Position numbers and translations under genes: made by a program | DNA from: an uncultured virus (IMG/VR IMGVR_UViG_3300038393_001252) | Lineage: Duplodnaviria > Heunggongvirae > Uroviricota > Caudoviricetes | DNA length: 64,000 nucleotides | IMG/VR virus record: IMGVR_UViG_3300038393_001252 | Direction: 5' to 3' (one strand) | Shown here: piece by piece, positions 28,370 to 37,251 of the stretch | Position numbering within the stretch: the stretch's first letter is position 1 | Layout of the letters: each line of letters starts with the position of its first letter | The notes under the pieces: model-generated | What the model was told of the DNA's origin: nothing | The model's database searches: none | The model's input: the letters and a program-made list of their open reading frames with translations, nothing else

Positions 28370-28823
28370 TTTCGTATGCCTCCATAACAAGGTCAACACT
28401 GCGGTACGTGTGGTAACGCGCCTCGCTCGGGCTGGTAATGCTGAACGAGAAGGGACCATCGGCCCACTCCGCGACGTCATTGTACAGCTTGTCATACGCC
28501 TCGATTGTGGCATTGATAAGGTGCTGGCGCCCATCGTACTGCACACAGTCGCAGTCCATGCCGGATTCGATAACCAGGACCTTCCCATCCTGCGCACATT
28601 CGCGCAGCAACACATGCAGGTCCTTTCGCGCCTGGTAGCGCCTATGCAAGGCCTGTGCGCGGTCGTTGCGGTCGCTGAACTGGATAAGGGTTTTCAGCTT
28701 CAGGATGTCGAAGCGATAGTAAAGCTCCATTGGGCAGCGCGCATCCTTGTACAGCACCGCCAAGCTCTGGCTCCACTCTCGTTGCGCTTGCGCAGTCGTG
28801 TGGACAACGTGTTGAGAAGACAT
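28329..28823 (-). CDS. hypothetical protein
   Basis: AAGGAG RBS, start MSSQH; GMDCDC...EWADGP. Confidence 0.7.
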   Translation of the reverse strand: MSSQHVVHTTAQAQREWSQSLAVLYKDARCPMELYYRFDILKLKTLIQFSDRNDRAQALHRRYQARKDLHVLLRECAQDGKVLVIESGMDCDCVQYDGRQHLINATIEAYDKLYNDVAEWADGPFSFSITSPSEARYHTYRSVDLVMEAYENGHRHSIRPHAVI

Positions 28824-28937
28824 GATAGCATTCTCCTTCTGTGCAGGGTTGGTTGTTAAGGTCTGCACTGTTACAGTGCTCGCATTATGCAAGCACTGCC
28901 CACTGGAGACCGGATGTGGATGTTACTGAGTCGCGTC

Positions 28938-29093
28938 CTACAGCAGCCCAAGGGGAGTCCCCTTGTAGGCTTCTATAACAGCGCGGTCATGCACCCTGCG
29001 GTGCGACCACGTTGGATGCTGAACGAGCAGCCAGTTATAGAGCGTCTGGATGCGTTCTTTAAGCGCATCCGTTCCGCAACACCCTCGCTTCAT
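28938..29093 (-). CDS. small hypothetical protein
   Basis: ATGA overlap with the upstream gene (MKRGCCG...). Confidence 0.45.
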   Translation of the reverse strand: MKRGCCGTDALKERIQTLYNWLLVQHPTWSHRRVHDRAVIEAYKGTPLGLL

Positions 29094-29845
29094 GCCTGCT
29101 GCTCCTGCTGTGGTTGTTGCTGGGTCGCGGCCTTGGGTGCACGACCCGTGATACCGTTGTACTTGCGCCATTGGTAGAACTCGATCATTGCGTTGTTCAA
29201 GTTCCACCCACGTTCTGCAGCAAGTGCACGAGCCTGCTGCGAGGTGGGGACCACGCCCTCTTGTGCTTCGCGCAGCGCGTCCATCGCGTCCCACACCTGC
29301 CTGCACAGCCCACCCACGCTGGGGCGCTTGATGCCGTTTTGTTCCGGGCGGTTCTTTTCGATCTTGTACGCGCCCCGCGCGCTGTTGCGTTGCTGGGGAG
29401 CCGAAGCGGTGGGCGCCTGCGGAACGTTCTGCAGCGTGTGGTTCATAGCACCGAACACGCCAGCGCCCGCAATGTGGTCTGCGTCCTGGGGGCCTTGTGC
29501 ATCGTCGCTCGTCGTAAACCCAGCACCAGGCACAGGTTGGTCGCCGTTGCTAGGCGCTTCTTCTTGTTGCTGCACAGTTTCCTCCATGGGCAGGTCGCAC
29601 TCGCCAGGCTGGGGATCCTCCTGGCTCGCGGCGCTGGTGTGGTTAGCACCAGCTTCCAGGTCACGCACGTACTTCAGCGCCTGGTCCTCCTCAAAGCACC
29701 ACCGCTCGCCACACTGGTACACCAGCGCATGCGCAGCGTCGTCCAGCGCAGCACCCTCGAGCTTCGTGAACACCTTGAGCCCGCGCTTGGCCTTGCTCTT
29801 TTCCGCATAGCTGCGGACGTTATCGTCCTCGGTTTGGTCGGTCAT
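29090..29845 (-). CDS. early protein with a C-terminal domain paralogous to 12659..13246
   Basis: PEQNGIKRP...LC..VW...EFYQWRKYNGITGR. Confidence 0.8.
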   Translation of the reverse strand: MTDQTEDDNVRSYAEKSKAKRGLKVFTKLEGAALDDAAHALVYQCGERWCFEEDQALKYVRDLEAGANHTSAASQEDPQPGECDLPMEETVQQQEEAPSNGDQPVPGAGFTTSDDAQGPQDADHIAGAGVFGAMNHTLQNVPQAPTASAPQQRNSARGAYKIEKNRPEQNGIKRPSVGGLCRQVWDAMDALREAQEGVVPTSQQARALAAERGWNLNNAMIEFYQWRKYNGITGRAPKAATQQQPQQEQQA

Positions 29846-29918
29846 GATGTAAACTCCGGTTGAGTCTAGCTGCTGACTCGCGGCAGCAGCGTCCGCTTAT
29901 TTATTGCAACGTGCGTTA

Positions 29919-29947
29919 ACTATAGGGGAAGCTGACACCCGATGCAA
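29919..29947 (-). promoter_or_regulatory. sigma70-type promoter
   Basis: TTGCAT-17 nt-TATAGT on the minus strand. Confidence 0.7.
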
Positions 29948-30016
29948 CAGAAATTTAGATAGGGAAAACACTGACGAGCCTGTGCTGGTGGAAGTTCCAG
30001 GCTCGTCGCTGTTCTC

Positions 30017-30295
30017 TTACTCGGTTCGCACGGAAAGGGTATCCCAGCGGATGGCGTAATAACCGTACACCTTCGTTAACCACACCTGGGCGTCTCGCAA
30101 GTTGCCGCATGCACGCAGTTCCTGCAGCAGCTCAGCCTGCTCCTCCGGGTCAATGCCCTGTGTGCGGGGTAAGCGGCTCGCGAACTCCGCCTTAAAGTCC
30201 TCCAGCGCCAGTGCAATGCTGGTGCCCGCAAACACCTTTGGCTCTTCACAGCCATGCACGTCGGCCCGCATGACTGTCAATGTGCAAATAACCAT
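30017..30295 (-). CDS. early hypothetical protein
   Basis: AAGGAG RBS, start MVICT. Confidence 0.65.
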   Translation of the reverse strand: MVICTLTVMRADVHGCEEPKVFAGTSIALALEDFKAEFASRLPRTQGIDPEEQAELLQELRACGNLRDAQVWLTKVYGYYAIRWDTLSVRTE

Positions 30296-30375
30296 TTCGT
30301 GCTCCTTGTTGACATGGACATATTGTACGCCCATTCCATTGCAACCAGGATGCCTAGTTGCAACAGGATGGAAGT

Positions 30376-30648
30376 TCACGAGTCGCCGTAGTTCAGCTCG
30401 GCGCTTGCGTACCATTGGTCCGCACGCTCCACAAACGCCCATTCCTGGAACTCGGAAACTGAGTGCATATCAATTTCCTCTTCAATAAACATGCAACGGG
30501 TGACGCCGATTTCATAGCCTGGGCCGTCCTCGCCGTAATGCATGAGGTTGACTGTTTGGTTCCACGCCAAGCTGGACGTGCCAAGGCTGTGCTGTAGGAA
30601 ACCCTGCGTCAACTCGCGAGGTTCAACCTCACGTATAAATCTAGCCAT
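30376..30648 (-). CDS. early hypothetical protein
   Basis: AAGGAG RBS. Confidence 0.7.
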   Translation of the reverse strand: MARFIREVEPRELTQGFLQHSLGTSSLAWNQTVNLMHYGEDGPGYEIGVTRCMFIEEEIDMHSVSEFQEWAFVERADQWYASAELNYGDS

Positions 30649-30814
30649 GGTTACGCTCCTTCAAGTTGACGTAAAAATCCCAACGCCCAGCAGCTGGCAG
30701 GCACCGCACGGTTCCGCCACAAATGCGGTTCCAACGGCTGTGGCCCGGGTCAAGGCGCAGCTTGGGCTCAGACGCCAGCAAGCGCATGGCGTGGATGTAT
30801 TTGAGTCGCGGCAT
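30641..30814 (-). CDS. small early protein (57 aa, not in ORF track)
   Basis: MPRLKYIHAMRLL...; fills the gap between two genes. Confidence 0.4.
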   Translation of the reverse strand: MPRLKYIHAMRLLASEPKLRLDPGHSRWNRICGGTVRCLPAAGRWDFYVNLKERNHG

Positions 30815-30818
30815 GTGG

Positions 30819-31112
30819 TTAACCCCAAAAGTTGGGCGCTGCGTGGACCTTGGAATGTTGCGCGAGCCTACCCGCTGCCGTCACTTTGCCGCACACGGGG
30901 CATTGCGCCATAAGGCGTAGGTGGAAGCGCTGGTTTGGGCGCGTGTTGCGGGTAGCTTGTAAGGGCATAGCCCAGATTTTGATACCCTGAAGCTTTTGCG
31001 TGAGCAGACCGCTGACCGGTAACTTCGCCTTGCGGTTGCCGAACAGCATTTCGGCAATGTCCGCGCTGTGCGCTGGAAGGTTGGTACCAGGCACCTTAAT
31101 GTAGAGGTTCAT
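30819..31112 (-). CDS. early protein with C-terminal C2H2-like zinc finger
   Basis: CPVC-x11-H-x3-H; AGGAG RBS, start MNLYI. Confidence 0.7.
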   Translation of the reverse strand: MNLYIKVPGTNLPAHSADIAEMLFGNRKAKLPVSGLLTQKLQGIKIWAMPLQATRNTRPNQRFHLRLMAQCPVCGKVTAAGRLAQHSKVHAAPNFWG

Positions 31113-31184
31113 GGTTGGGCTCCTAATGGATGGTAGCAAGTCGCCACCAGCTAACCCGCAGAACGGGCTAGCGGCTGACAGGAC

Positions 31185-31388
31185 TTAAAACTCAGTTTCT
31201 TTGCCGTCATGGAATCTAGCAACGGTTGAGTCGCCGTCATACCAATCAGTTGCGTAAAACGTGCCAGCTATTACGCTGAAGTTGACAAATACGGTGCAGC
31301 GGCGCTCTCGGCTGCGTTGCTGAGCCTTTTGCTTGGCAGCAATGAGCCGGATATTCAACACTTTGTTGTCGAAGTTACAGGTGAACAT
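31185..31388 (-). CDS. early hypothetical protein
   Basis: AGGAGCCCAACCATG leader. Confidence 0.7.
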   Translation of the reverse strand: MFTCNFDNKVLNIRLIAAKQKAQQRSRERRCTVFVNFSVIAGTFYATDWYDGDSTVARFHDGKETEF

Positions 31389-31470
31389 GGTTGGGCTCCT
31401 AGGGTTGAGGTGGATGGTAACGAGTCGCTACCCTCATGCCCACTTTATAGATGGGCATGCAGTTAGTTAC

Positions 31471-31722
31471 TCAGACTTCCAATTCGTTATAGGCAAGCTG
31501 GTACTGGTCCAGCCATGTGGCAAACCAATTCTCCAGCTCCTTAAACGTGGTCGCGTTGCCCAGGTCATACAGGCACTTGGGCGGCTGCGTTTCGTGGTCC
31601 GTTAAAGGTGTACCGTCAAGGTACGCCTTTACCTTCTCCACAACAGCGGCTTCCGTTGCACCTGCAAACTGTTGCATATTGCCTGTGTACGCAATGTCGA
31701 GCGCAATGACGTGAACTTGCAT
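31471..31722 (-). CDS. early hypothetical protein
   Basis: AAGGAGTAACACCATG leader, start MQVHV. Confidence 0.7.
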   Translation of the reverse strand: MQVHVIALDIAYTGNMQQFAGATEAAVVEKVKAYLDGTPLTDHETQPPKCLYDLGNATTFKELENWFATWLDQYQLAYNELEV

Positions 31723-31820
31723 GGTGTTACTCCTTGGTTGGGCTGTGGATGTTAGTGACTCGCAACTGTCACCCGCATGCACACCCGGTGGATGTGCTAG
31801 CGGCTGGCTGAGCTGTGTGG

Positions 31821-32243
31821 TTAACCAGCAATCATGTGGTCTTTGGTTACAAGCAGACGCACGGTGCACTTTTCCGGCTCGTATTCCGGGTGCACCCGCT
31901 TTTCCATTTCATGCAACACTTTGCAAATTTGCGGCGCTTTTAGTTCCACGCTGGACTGCAGAGGCAGGTGGTCCCCGCCCGCATTAAGCGCGTCCAGTTG
32001 CATGTAAAGGAACAGCTTGCGGTTACGGCTGGCAGCAACGGTTGAGCAGGCTTTTTTGAAGCTGAGCTTTGCCGCTACGGTCCAGTCCGCGCCCTTAATG
32101 CCGTGCGCTTCCATTTCGCAATAATTGCAAGCTTCCGTAAGCGTTTCGAATTCCTGGGTTGCAATTTGCACCATTTTATCGGTGTAATCGCCGTTTTCCA
32201 GTTGTTCCAGACCCTTAACGGTTGCAACAAATTTGTCGGACAT
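31821..32243 (-). CDS. early hypothetical protein
   Basis: AAGGAG RBS, 140 aa. Confidence 0.75.
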   Translation of the reverse strand: MSDKFVATVKGLEQLENGDYTDKMVQIATQEFETLTEACNYCEMEAHGIKGADWTVAAKLSFKKACSTVAASRNRKLFLYMQLDALNAGGDHLPLQSSVELKAPQICKVLHEMEKRVHPEYEPEKCTVRLLVTKDHMIAG

Positions 32244-32323
32244 GGTAGGTTCTCCTTCGGTTGGGTTGGGCAGTGTTAGTAAACACTAGCTAGCACACGT
32301 ATGGATGTGCTAGGTGGTGTTTG

Positions 32324-32518
32324 CTAGTCGAGGTTAAGCGTGACAAGCAACTCGGGGTCCAGGTGGTCCCAAAAGTGTGGCGCAATGCGCACAACTAGCG
32401 GGTTGCTGTCCAGCTGCCCGAACTCCAGCGTTTGTATGCACTGGTTTTCAAGCTCTTGCATAAAATCCGTAACAGCTTCCGCATGCTCGCAACGGATTTC
32501 GATTGCAGCGACTTTCAT
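32324..32518 (-). CDS. early hypothetical protein
   Basis: CCGGAGTAATACACCATG leader. Confidence 0.7.
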   Translation of the reverse strand: MKVAAIEIRCEHAEAVTDFMQELENQCIQTLEFGQLDSNPLVVRIAPHFWDHLDPELLVTLNLD

Positions 32519-32604
32519 GGTGTATTACTCCGGTTGGGTTGCGTGGTAGTGCAAATGCACTGCAGAGCACACCCTACGGATGTGCAATGCGGTGAATTCG
32601 AAAT

Positions 32605-32766
32605 TCAGCTTCGGGATTCTGGTTGTTGCTGCTGTTGTGGTTTGATGACCACACATGGGCTGGGTGCCCGCTGTGCCACCTTCCAGCTGGGCTGGCGGGT
32701 GGCTTTACGCATGAGCTGGCGGACCTTAACTGGACCGTTGAGGAATGCGGTTGAGGTAGCGTGCAT
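32605..32766 (-). CDS. small early protein (53 aa, not in ORF track)
   Basis: MHATSTAFLNGPVKVRQ...; GGAGCCCAACCATG leader. Confidence 0.55.
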   Translation of the reverse strand: MHATSTAFLNGPVKVRQLMRKATRQPSWKVAQRAPSPCVVIKPQQQQQPESRS

Positions 32767-32790
32767 GGTTGGGCTCCGGTTGGTGGTTGG

Positions 32791-32913
32791 TTACGGTTGT
32801 GCTTCTGCGTGGTTTTCGACCCAGCAATACGGTGCATGCGTTACATGCGCCTCTTGCAACATCTTCCACAGCAGTTGGACACACTTAAGGTGTATGTGGT
32901 AAAAGTGTGACAT
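32791..32913 (-). CDS. small early protein (40 aa, not in ORF track)
   Basis: MSHFYHIHLKC...; GGAGG RBS. Confidence 0.5.
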   Translation of the reverse strand: MSHFYHIHLKCVQLLWKMLQEAHVTHAPYCWVENHAEAQP

Positions 32914-32999
32914 AATACCTCCGGTTTAGTACGTTTGGTGCGTACTGCACAGCTAACGTTGAAGTTGAGCTGTGCGCTACGCACTGTAGCGCTTGAGGT

Positions 33000-33263
33000 T
33001 TACGCTTTGTAGGTGGTGCTGATGGTTTGAAGCACAGCGGGTGCTGTGTTGTATGTACACCACACCCACATGCGGTAATGCAGCTCATCGTTACCAGCGT
33101 CTGCAAGCTCGTACTCAACTTCTGTTGGGTCGACCTTATGCAACAGCTTAAGCGCCAGCTTAAGCTCATCAAGCTGCTGTTCCGCTTGCTTCTCATCAGT
33201 ACCGTTAAACACAAACTGCACAAATAGCTGCACAGTGTAGGTACGGGTGAGGTTGTTTGACAT
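33000..33263 (-). CDS. early hypothetical protein
   Basis: AGGAGCTCAACCATG leader, start MSNNL. Confidence 0.7.
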   Translation of the reverse strand: MSNNLTRTYTVQLFVQFVFNGTDEKQAEQQLDELKLALKLLHKVDPTEVEYELADAGNDELHYRMWVWCTYNTAPAVLQTISTTYKA

Positions 33264-33355
33264 GGTTGAGCTCCTAGTATGGTTGAGGTGCATATGCACC
33301 GCACAGCTACCAGAACGGTTGAGCTGTGCGCTACATACGCGGTAGCGCTTGATGT

Positions 33356-33625
33356 TTAGACCTTTTTGAGTGTAAGTTTTACTTGCCCATCAAACATCTC
33401 GTAAACAAATGGCGCAAGCTCTTCAAATGCTGTTAGCTGGTCAAAGCTAATAACACTTTCGTACACAACACCGTTTACTGCGTTTGTGTACGTACCCTTC
33501 TGCACCTTTGCAATGAGCTGTGCGTTGAGCAACGTAACGTAAACGATGCACGCGTTAGCTGGTGTGCTGCCAACCGCCCGGATGGGTTGAAGCTGGTCAG
33601 TACCATTGCTAGAGACTACAAACAT
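33356..33625 (-). CDS. early hypothetical protein
   Basis: CCGGAGTAACACCATG leader. Confidence 0.7.
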   Translation of the reverse strand: MFVVSSNGTDQLQPIRAVGSTPANACIVYVTLLNAQLIAKVQKGTYTNAVNGVVYESVISFDQLTAFEELAPFVYEMFDGQVKLTLKKV

Positions 33626-34455
33626 GGTGTTACTCCGGTTGGGTTACTACTGGTGCAACTTGCACCGCACAGCACACCAGCGCGTAGCTGATGTGCTGTA
33701 AGGTTGAGCTGCGATGCGCGGTGCTTACACAGCAAGCGCAAAGGTTGAGTTACCCAAAATATAGTAGAGCTAACCTAGTGTGTGAATTGTTAAAGTAGCG
33801 CTAGCGCTTTGATGTGGTAAGCGGTTGAGCACCGCACGGGTGCTGTACAGCACCAGCACCACACCGTTGAGCTACCCTGTGTGCGCGGGGTGGGTACCCC
33901 TCGCTTCAGGTGGGTTGGTGCAATAACCAACCATGACTACATTGTGCGCTTGCTACGCCGGTTGTGGGCTACGTGGTAGTTAACATGGTAACTGGTGGCG
34001 TTAACACGCGTTAAACACAGCAGTAGCTACTGTCGTGCTGCGTTTTAAGCTCATGCATAAGCACCAAGCGCAGCAGTAGCACCCACGCTGTAGTAAGCTC
34101 AGCAGTGTTTGTAGTACCCTCGTTTGCAAATGTGCTATGCAAAGCATAGTGCAAGTAATACCCAAGTGCGCAAAACGTCAGCGCAACAGCAAAAAACTTT
34201 TGAGGGTTGGTACTAGGGTAGCGGGTACCCTTAAAAAAGCGCTTAAAACGCGTTTGTACGACTGGTTACGCAAAAACCATAGCACGCTGCAAACCGAAGC
34301 ACTAAGTTAGCTGGTACGCAAATTGCGTCATAATACTAAAACACCCTGCAAGCGGTGTGCGCTGTTGCAGGGTGTGCGTACTACTTTGAGGTGAATGGTA
34401 CGGTGCTTGCTACGTGGTGCGCAAGCAACTCATGAATTGTGCTGCTGTGTTAGCA

Positions 34456-35049
34456 CTAGGTGTTAGCTGCTGCTACCTCAACAGTTGCAGCTTCGATTAG
34501 CTCAACAAATATGGTTATTGTCGGGCTGTACTGCACCGCAGCAAAGCGCTTACCCAGCAGGCGCGGGTGGGCGTGGGCGTACTGCTGTAGAGCTAGGGTG
34601 TGGTTAGCGGCGGTGCTGAGCTGTGGGCTGTACGCAAAGCGGCTACCGTCCAGTTGCTTCCCCCGCACTTGGCGCTTAACCACACCAGCACTAAGGTCTC
34701 TGTCATTGTGCCCCAACCGTATAGCTACCCAGCGCTTGGGCCCACCCTGCGCGTCTACTGTAGCGGTGGTGGTTGCGTACACCAACAGCCCAGGTTCCGT
34801 GCTGTTGTGCTGCTGCGCCACAGCTTCGTACTGCTGTGCTTCCTGTGCTAGGTGGTTGGGGTACTGCTGGGGTGGTAGCGGTTGGGCTATAGGTGGAGGT
34901 GGTGGAGGGGGTACGGATGCGTTGTCCGTGTGCCACGGTGCACGCACAGTGTAAACGTGCTGCTGTGGTACGGGTGGAACAGTTGGGCTTACGGCGGGCT
35001 GTGTTGGGCTAGGTGGCTCAACAATAATGGGTTGTGGTAGCTGTGCCAT
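34456..35049 (-). CDS. hypothetical protein with Pro/Gln-rich N-terminus
   Basis: Long ORF in an otherwise non-coding region; weak RBS. Confidence 0.45.
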   Translation of the reverse strand: MAQLPQPIIVEPPSPTQPAVSPTVPPVPQQHVYTVRAPWHTDNASVPPPPPPPIAQPLPPQQYPNHLAQEAQQYEAVAQQHNSTEPGLLVYATTTATVDAQGGPKRWVAIRLGHNDRDLSAGVVKRQVRGKQLDGSRFAYSPQLSTAANHTLALQQYAHAHPRLLGKRFAAVQYSPTITIFVELIEAATVEVAAANT

Positions 35050-35099
35050 ATGCGGGTGTGCGTTATAGATGGGTAAGGGTGTTATTGTGCAGTTGGAGT

Positions 35100-36060
35100 A
35101 CAAGGAAGAGTTGGATATTTACGCATTGTTGCTAGTAGTGTAGTGGTAACAACTGTTAGGGGTAGACTACTAGTAGTGTAACTATCGGGTGGGGGGTGCA
35201 CTAATACACCACTACTAACATATACGCGCTATACGTACACACATAACAACGCATAACGTGTACATAACGCGCGCCGCCATTTATACGTGCTACACTCCTA
35301 GTTATAACATATAAAAATATATATAATTAACATAACACACAAAACACTATAGTACCGTTTGCACACTAATCGTTCTAAACAGGCATTTGGAACTACATTT
35401 AATTAACTGCGTAATACCTTGTAGCCCAATTCGCTTTTGCTCCCACGGGTAACACGCATAACGTTACCACCCCTAGTAACACGCAGTAGTCTAAGTTCCA
35501 ATTAGACACACGCTGTACCGTACAGCACATCTGTACTTCCTGCTGCGCTAGCACTACCCTGCTGTTGCTGCTAGCACGTCCATTCCATACAGTCCAGCTG
35601 CTACTGCACAGCTACCCTATTGCTGTGCTGTCTACTGCCCAGCTGGAACTGCAGAGCATGTAATCTGTTACCTCACCGGCTACCATCTTTACTGCTGGGC
35701 TGACCGGGCGGAGGTACCATCAACACATGATTCTCAATTTAAATCGATATTCGTTATGGAATGCTTACCTTTATTTCTTCGTAATAGCCTTTTCTGCCCA
35801 TAACACGCCTGTACGCATAACGCATACGCGCGTAAGGGCAGGATCCACATCAGAGCCTTCCAGCACTTATACTGCCCACCACTATGTTCACATTCTTCTT
35901 CACAACCCTCCTCGTTGCCCTGCTCAGCCTACTATTCACTGTGGTTACCAACAATAAAGTTCCACCACACTACTCAGGCTTTGCACTCATGCTCTTCACC
36001 TTCTTCCTCGCCTTTGCCCTGGGCGGCGCCTACGTCAGGTATCTGCTTTAAGAATCTGGC
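35100..36060. other. AT-rich divergent intergenic region (candidate origin or packaging/terminus site)
   Basis: Strand switch, AT tract 35302-35336, CATAAC repeats. Confidence 0.5.
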
Positions 36061-36067
36061 CTCGGGC

Positions 36068-36096
36068 TTGCAAATCGGGTTAACCTGCGTTAAGCT
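36068..36096 (+). promoter_or_regulatory. sigma70-type promoter
   Basis: TTGCAA-17 nt-TAAGCT followed by AGGAGG and ATG 36121. Confidence 0.6.
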
Positions 36097-36120
36097 GTGT
36101 GTTTTGCAGGAGGTAAACCC

Positions 36121-36492
36121 ATGGCAACGGCACGAGCGGAAATCCTATATGAAGTCTGGCGCAGGGCTATTTGGCTGACGCCTGCGAACCACAAAAAGAC
36201 TGCGCCGCCGCATTGGCACGAGTTACAGGAAGAAGTGAAAGCGGCTTGGGACGCGGTGGCGTACACGGCGGGTCACGTTCCACCTAAGCACATTCGCAGC
36301 GGTGGGTACTGCGTTAGCTGCGGGGCGCACGAGAGCGAGATGCACCTTGAGCGGTGCCCTTACTCTCCACAGCCACAGCACCTCCAAGGTGAATTCAGCA
36401 CCGTGCACATCTGCACCTGCGGTGGTTCCAGCAGCATTGGGCACGCAAAGAGCTGTGCTACCCGGACGCCAATCCGCTATGAGGACCTCTAA
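36121..36492 (+). CDS. Cys/His-rich hypothetical protein
   Basis: AGGAGG RBS; CVSC, CTC...H..SC. Confidence 0.7.
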   Translation: MATARAEILYEVWRRAIWLTPANHKKTAPPHWHELQEEVKAAWDAVAYTAGHVPPKHIRSGGYCVSCGAHESEMHLERCPYSPQPQHLQGEFSTVHICTCGGSSSIGHAKSCATRTPIRYEDL

Positions 36493-36494
36493 TC

Positions 36495-36698
36495 ATGCTG
36501 TACGACCCATTCGTGCTCACGGTGCTCATTTTTGTCACCATCGTGGTCGGAACCATGAACCTGTGCTGGTACGTGCTCTGCGGCGTTCGCTTCACAGTCA
36601 AAACTGTCCCCTTTGCTTTCATTCCCGTCCTTAACATTCCCATTCTCATAGGCCTCATGTGGCTTGAAAGGGCTGAAAATGCACCGGATCGCGCATGA
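36495..36698 (+). CDS. small membrane protein
   Basis: Two hydrophobic segments, GAGG RBS. Confidence 0.6.
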   Translation: MLYDPFVLTVLIFVTIVVGTMNLCWYVLCGVRFTVKTVPFAFIPVLNIPILIGLMWLERAENAPDRA

Positions 36699-36814
36699 TT
36701 GGAGGCTGGCAATGGAGATTTCGGGCAAAAAGCCGGAATTAGCCAGCAAAATCTTCAACGTGCCACTGTTTAAGGTGGCGAGTGAGGGCATGAAAAGAGC
36801 TTGGAGTAAGCGAA

Positions 36815-37189
36815 ATGCAGACAATTTGTCCAAAATGCCACAGGAAACCGGAGCTGTGCGTGTGTGAAAAGCCTACTGTGGTCATACACGACGTGCAGGA
36901 ACAGGCACCGGAGCCGGCAAAGCATGTACCGCACACTCTGGCCTCGATGTTTAAGAAGGCTTTGCAGGACAACAAGGACTTCTACATTGAAGGCTCAAAA
37001 TGGTTCGCTCGTTTCGACAAAATCATCGTTTACAAGCACCCTGAGCACGGCGTAATCATTGAATATTCGCATGAAGGGAAGGTTTTGCACGTTGACCCTG
37101 TGCCTAACTGCCCCTTTGAGGGTGAAATTACGATCACGGATATCAAGGGGTCGATCCTGCTTCCTATCGGAGATCCGAGTTCAACATAG
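36815..37189 (+). CDS. hypothetical protein
   Basis: GGAG RBS, N-terminal CPKC. Confidence 0.65.
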   Translation: MQTICPKCHRKPELCVCEKPTVVIHDVQEQAPEPAKHVPHTLASMFKKALQDNKDFYIEGSKWFARFDKIIVYKHPEHGVIIEYSHEGKVLHVDPVPNCPFEGEITITDIKGSILLPIGDPSST

Positions 37190-37237
37190 ACGCAATATCC
37201 GTTTACAATTTCGCCCACTGCTCATCCGTGCAACCCG

Positions 37238-37246
37238 TGTTATAGT
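37238..37246 (+). promoter_or_regulatory. extended -10 promoter (TG-T-TATAGT)
   Basis: Directly upstream of the structured segment. Confidence 0.55.
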
Positions 37247-37251
37247 GCATG

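Larger units (their letters stand above)
30300..33730 (-). repeat. dispersed family of related intergenic hairpin and leader elements
   Basis: GCACAC..ATGTGC or GCACAGCT..AGCTGTGC stems and CAACC-GGAG-CCATG leaders between successive early genes. Confidence 0.75.

Noticed and set aside
30300..33730. Hairpin spacers as a CRISPR array or integron attC sites
   Set aside because: The units are divergent and separated by whole genes; no integron integrase is present and I found no consistent attC core sites
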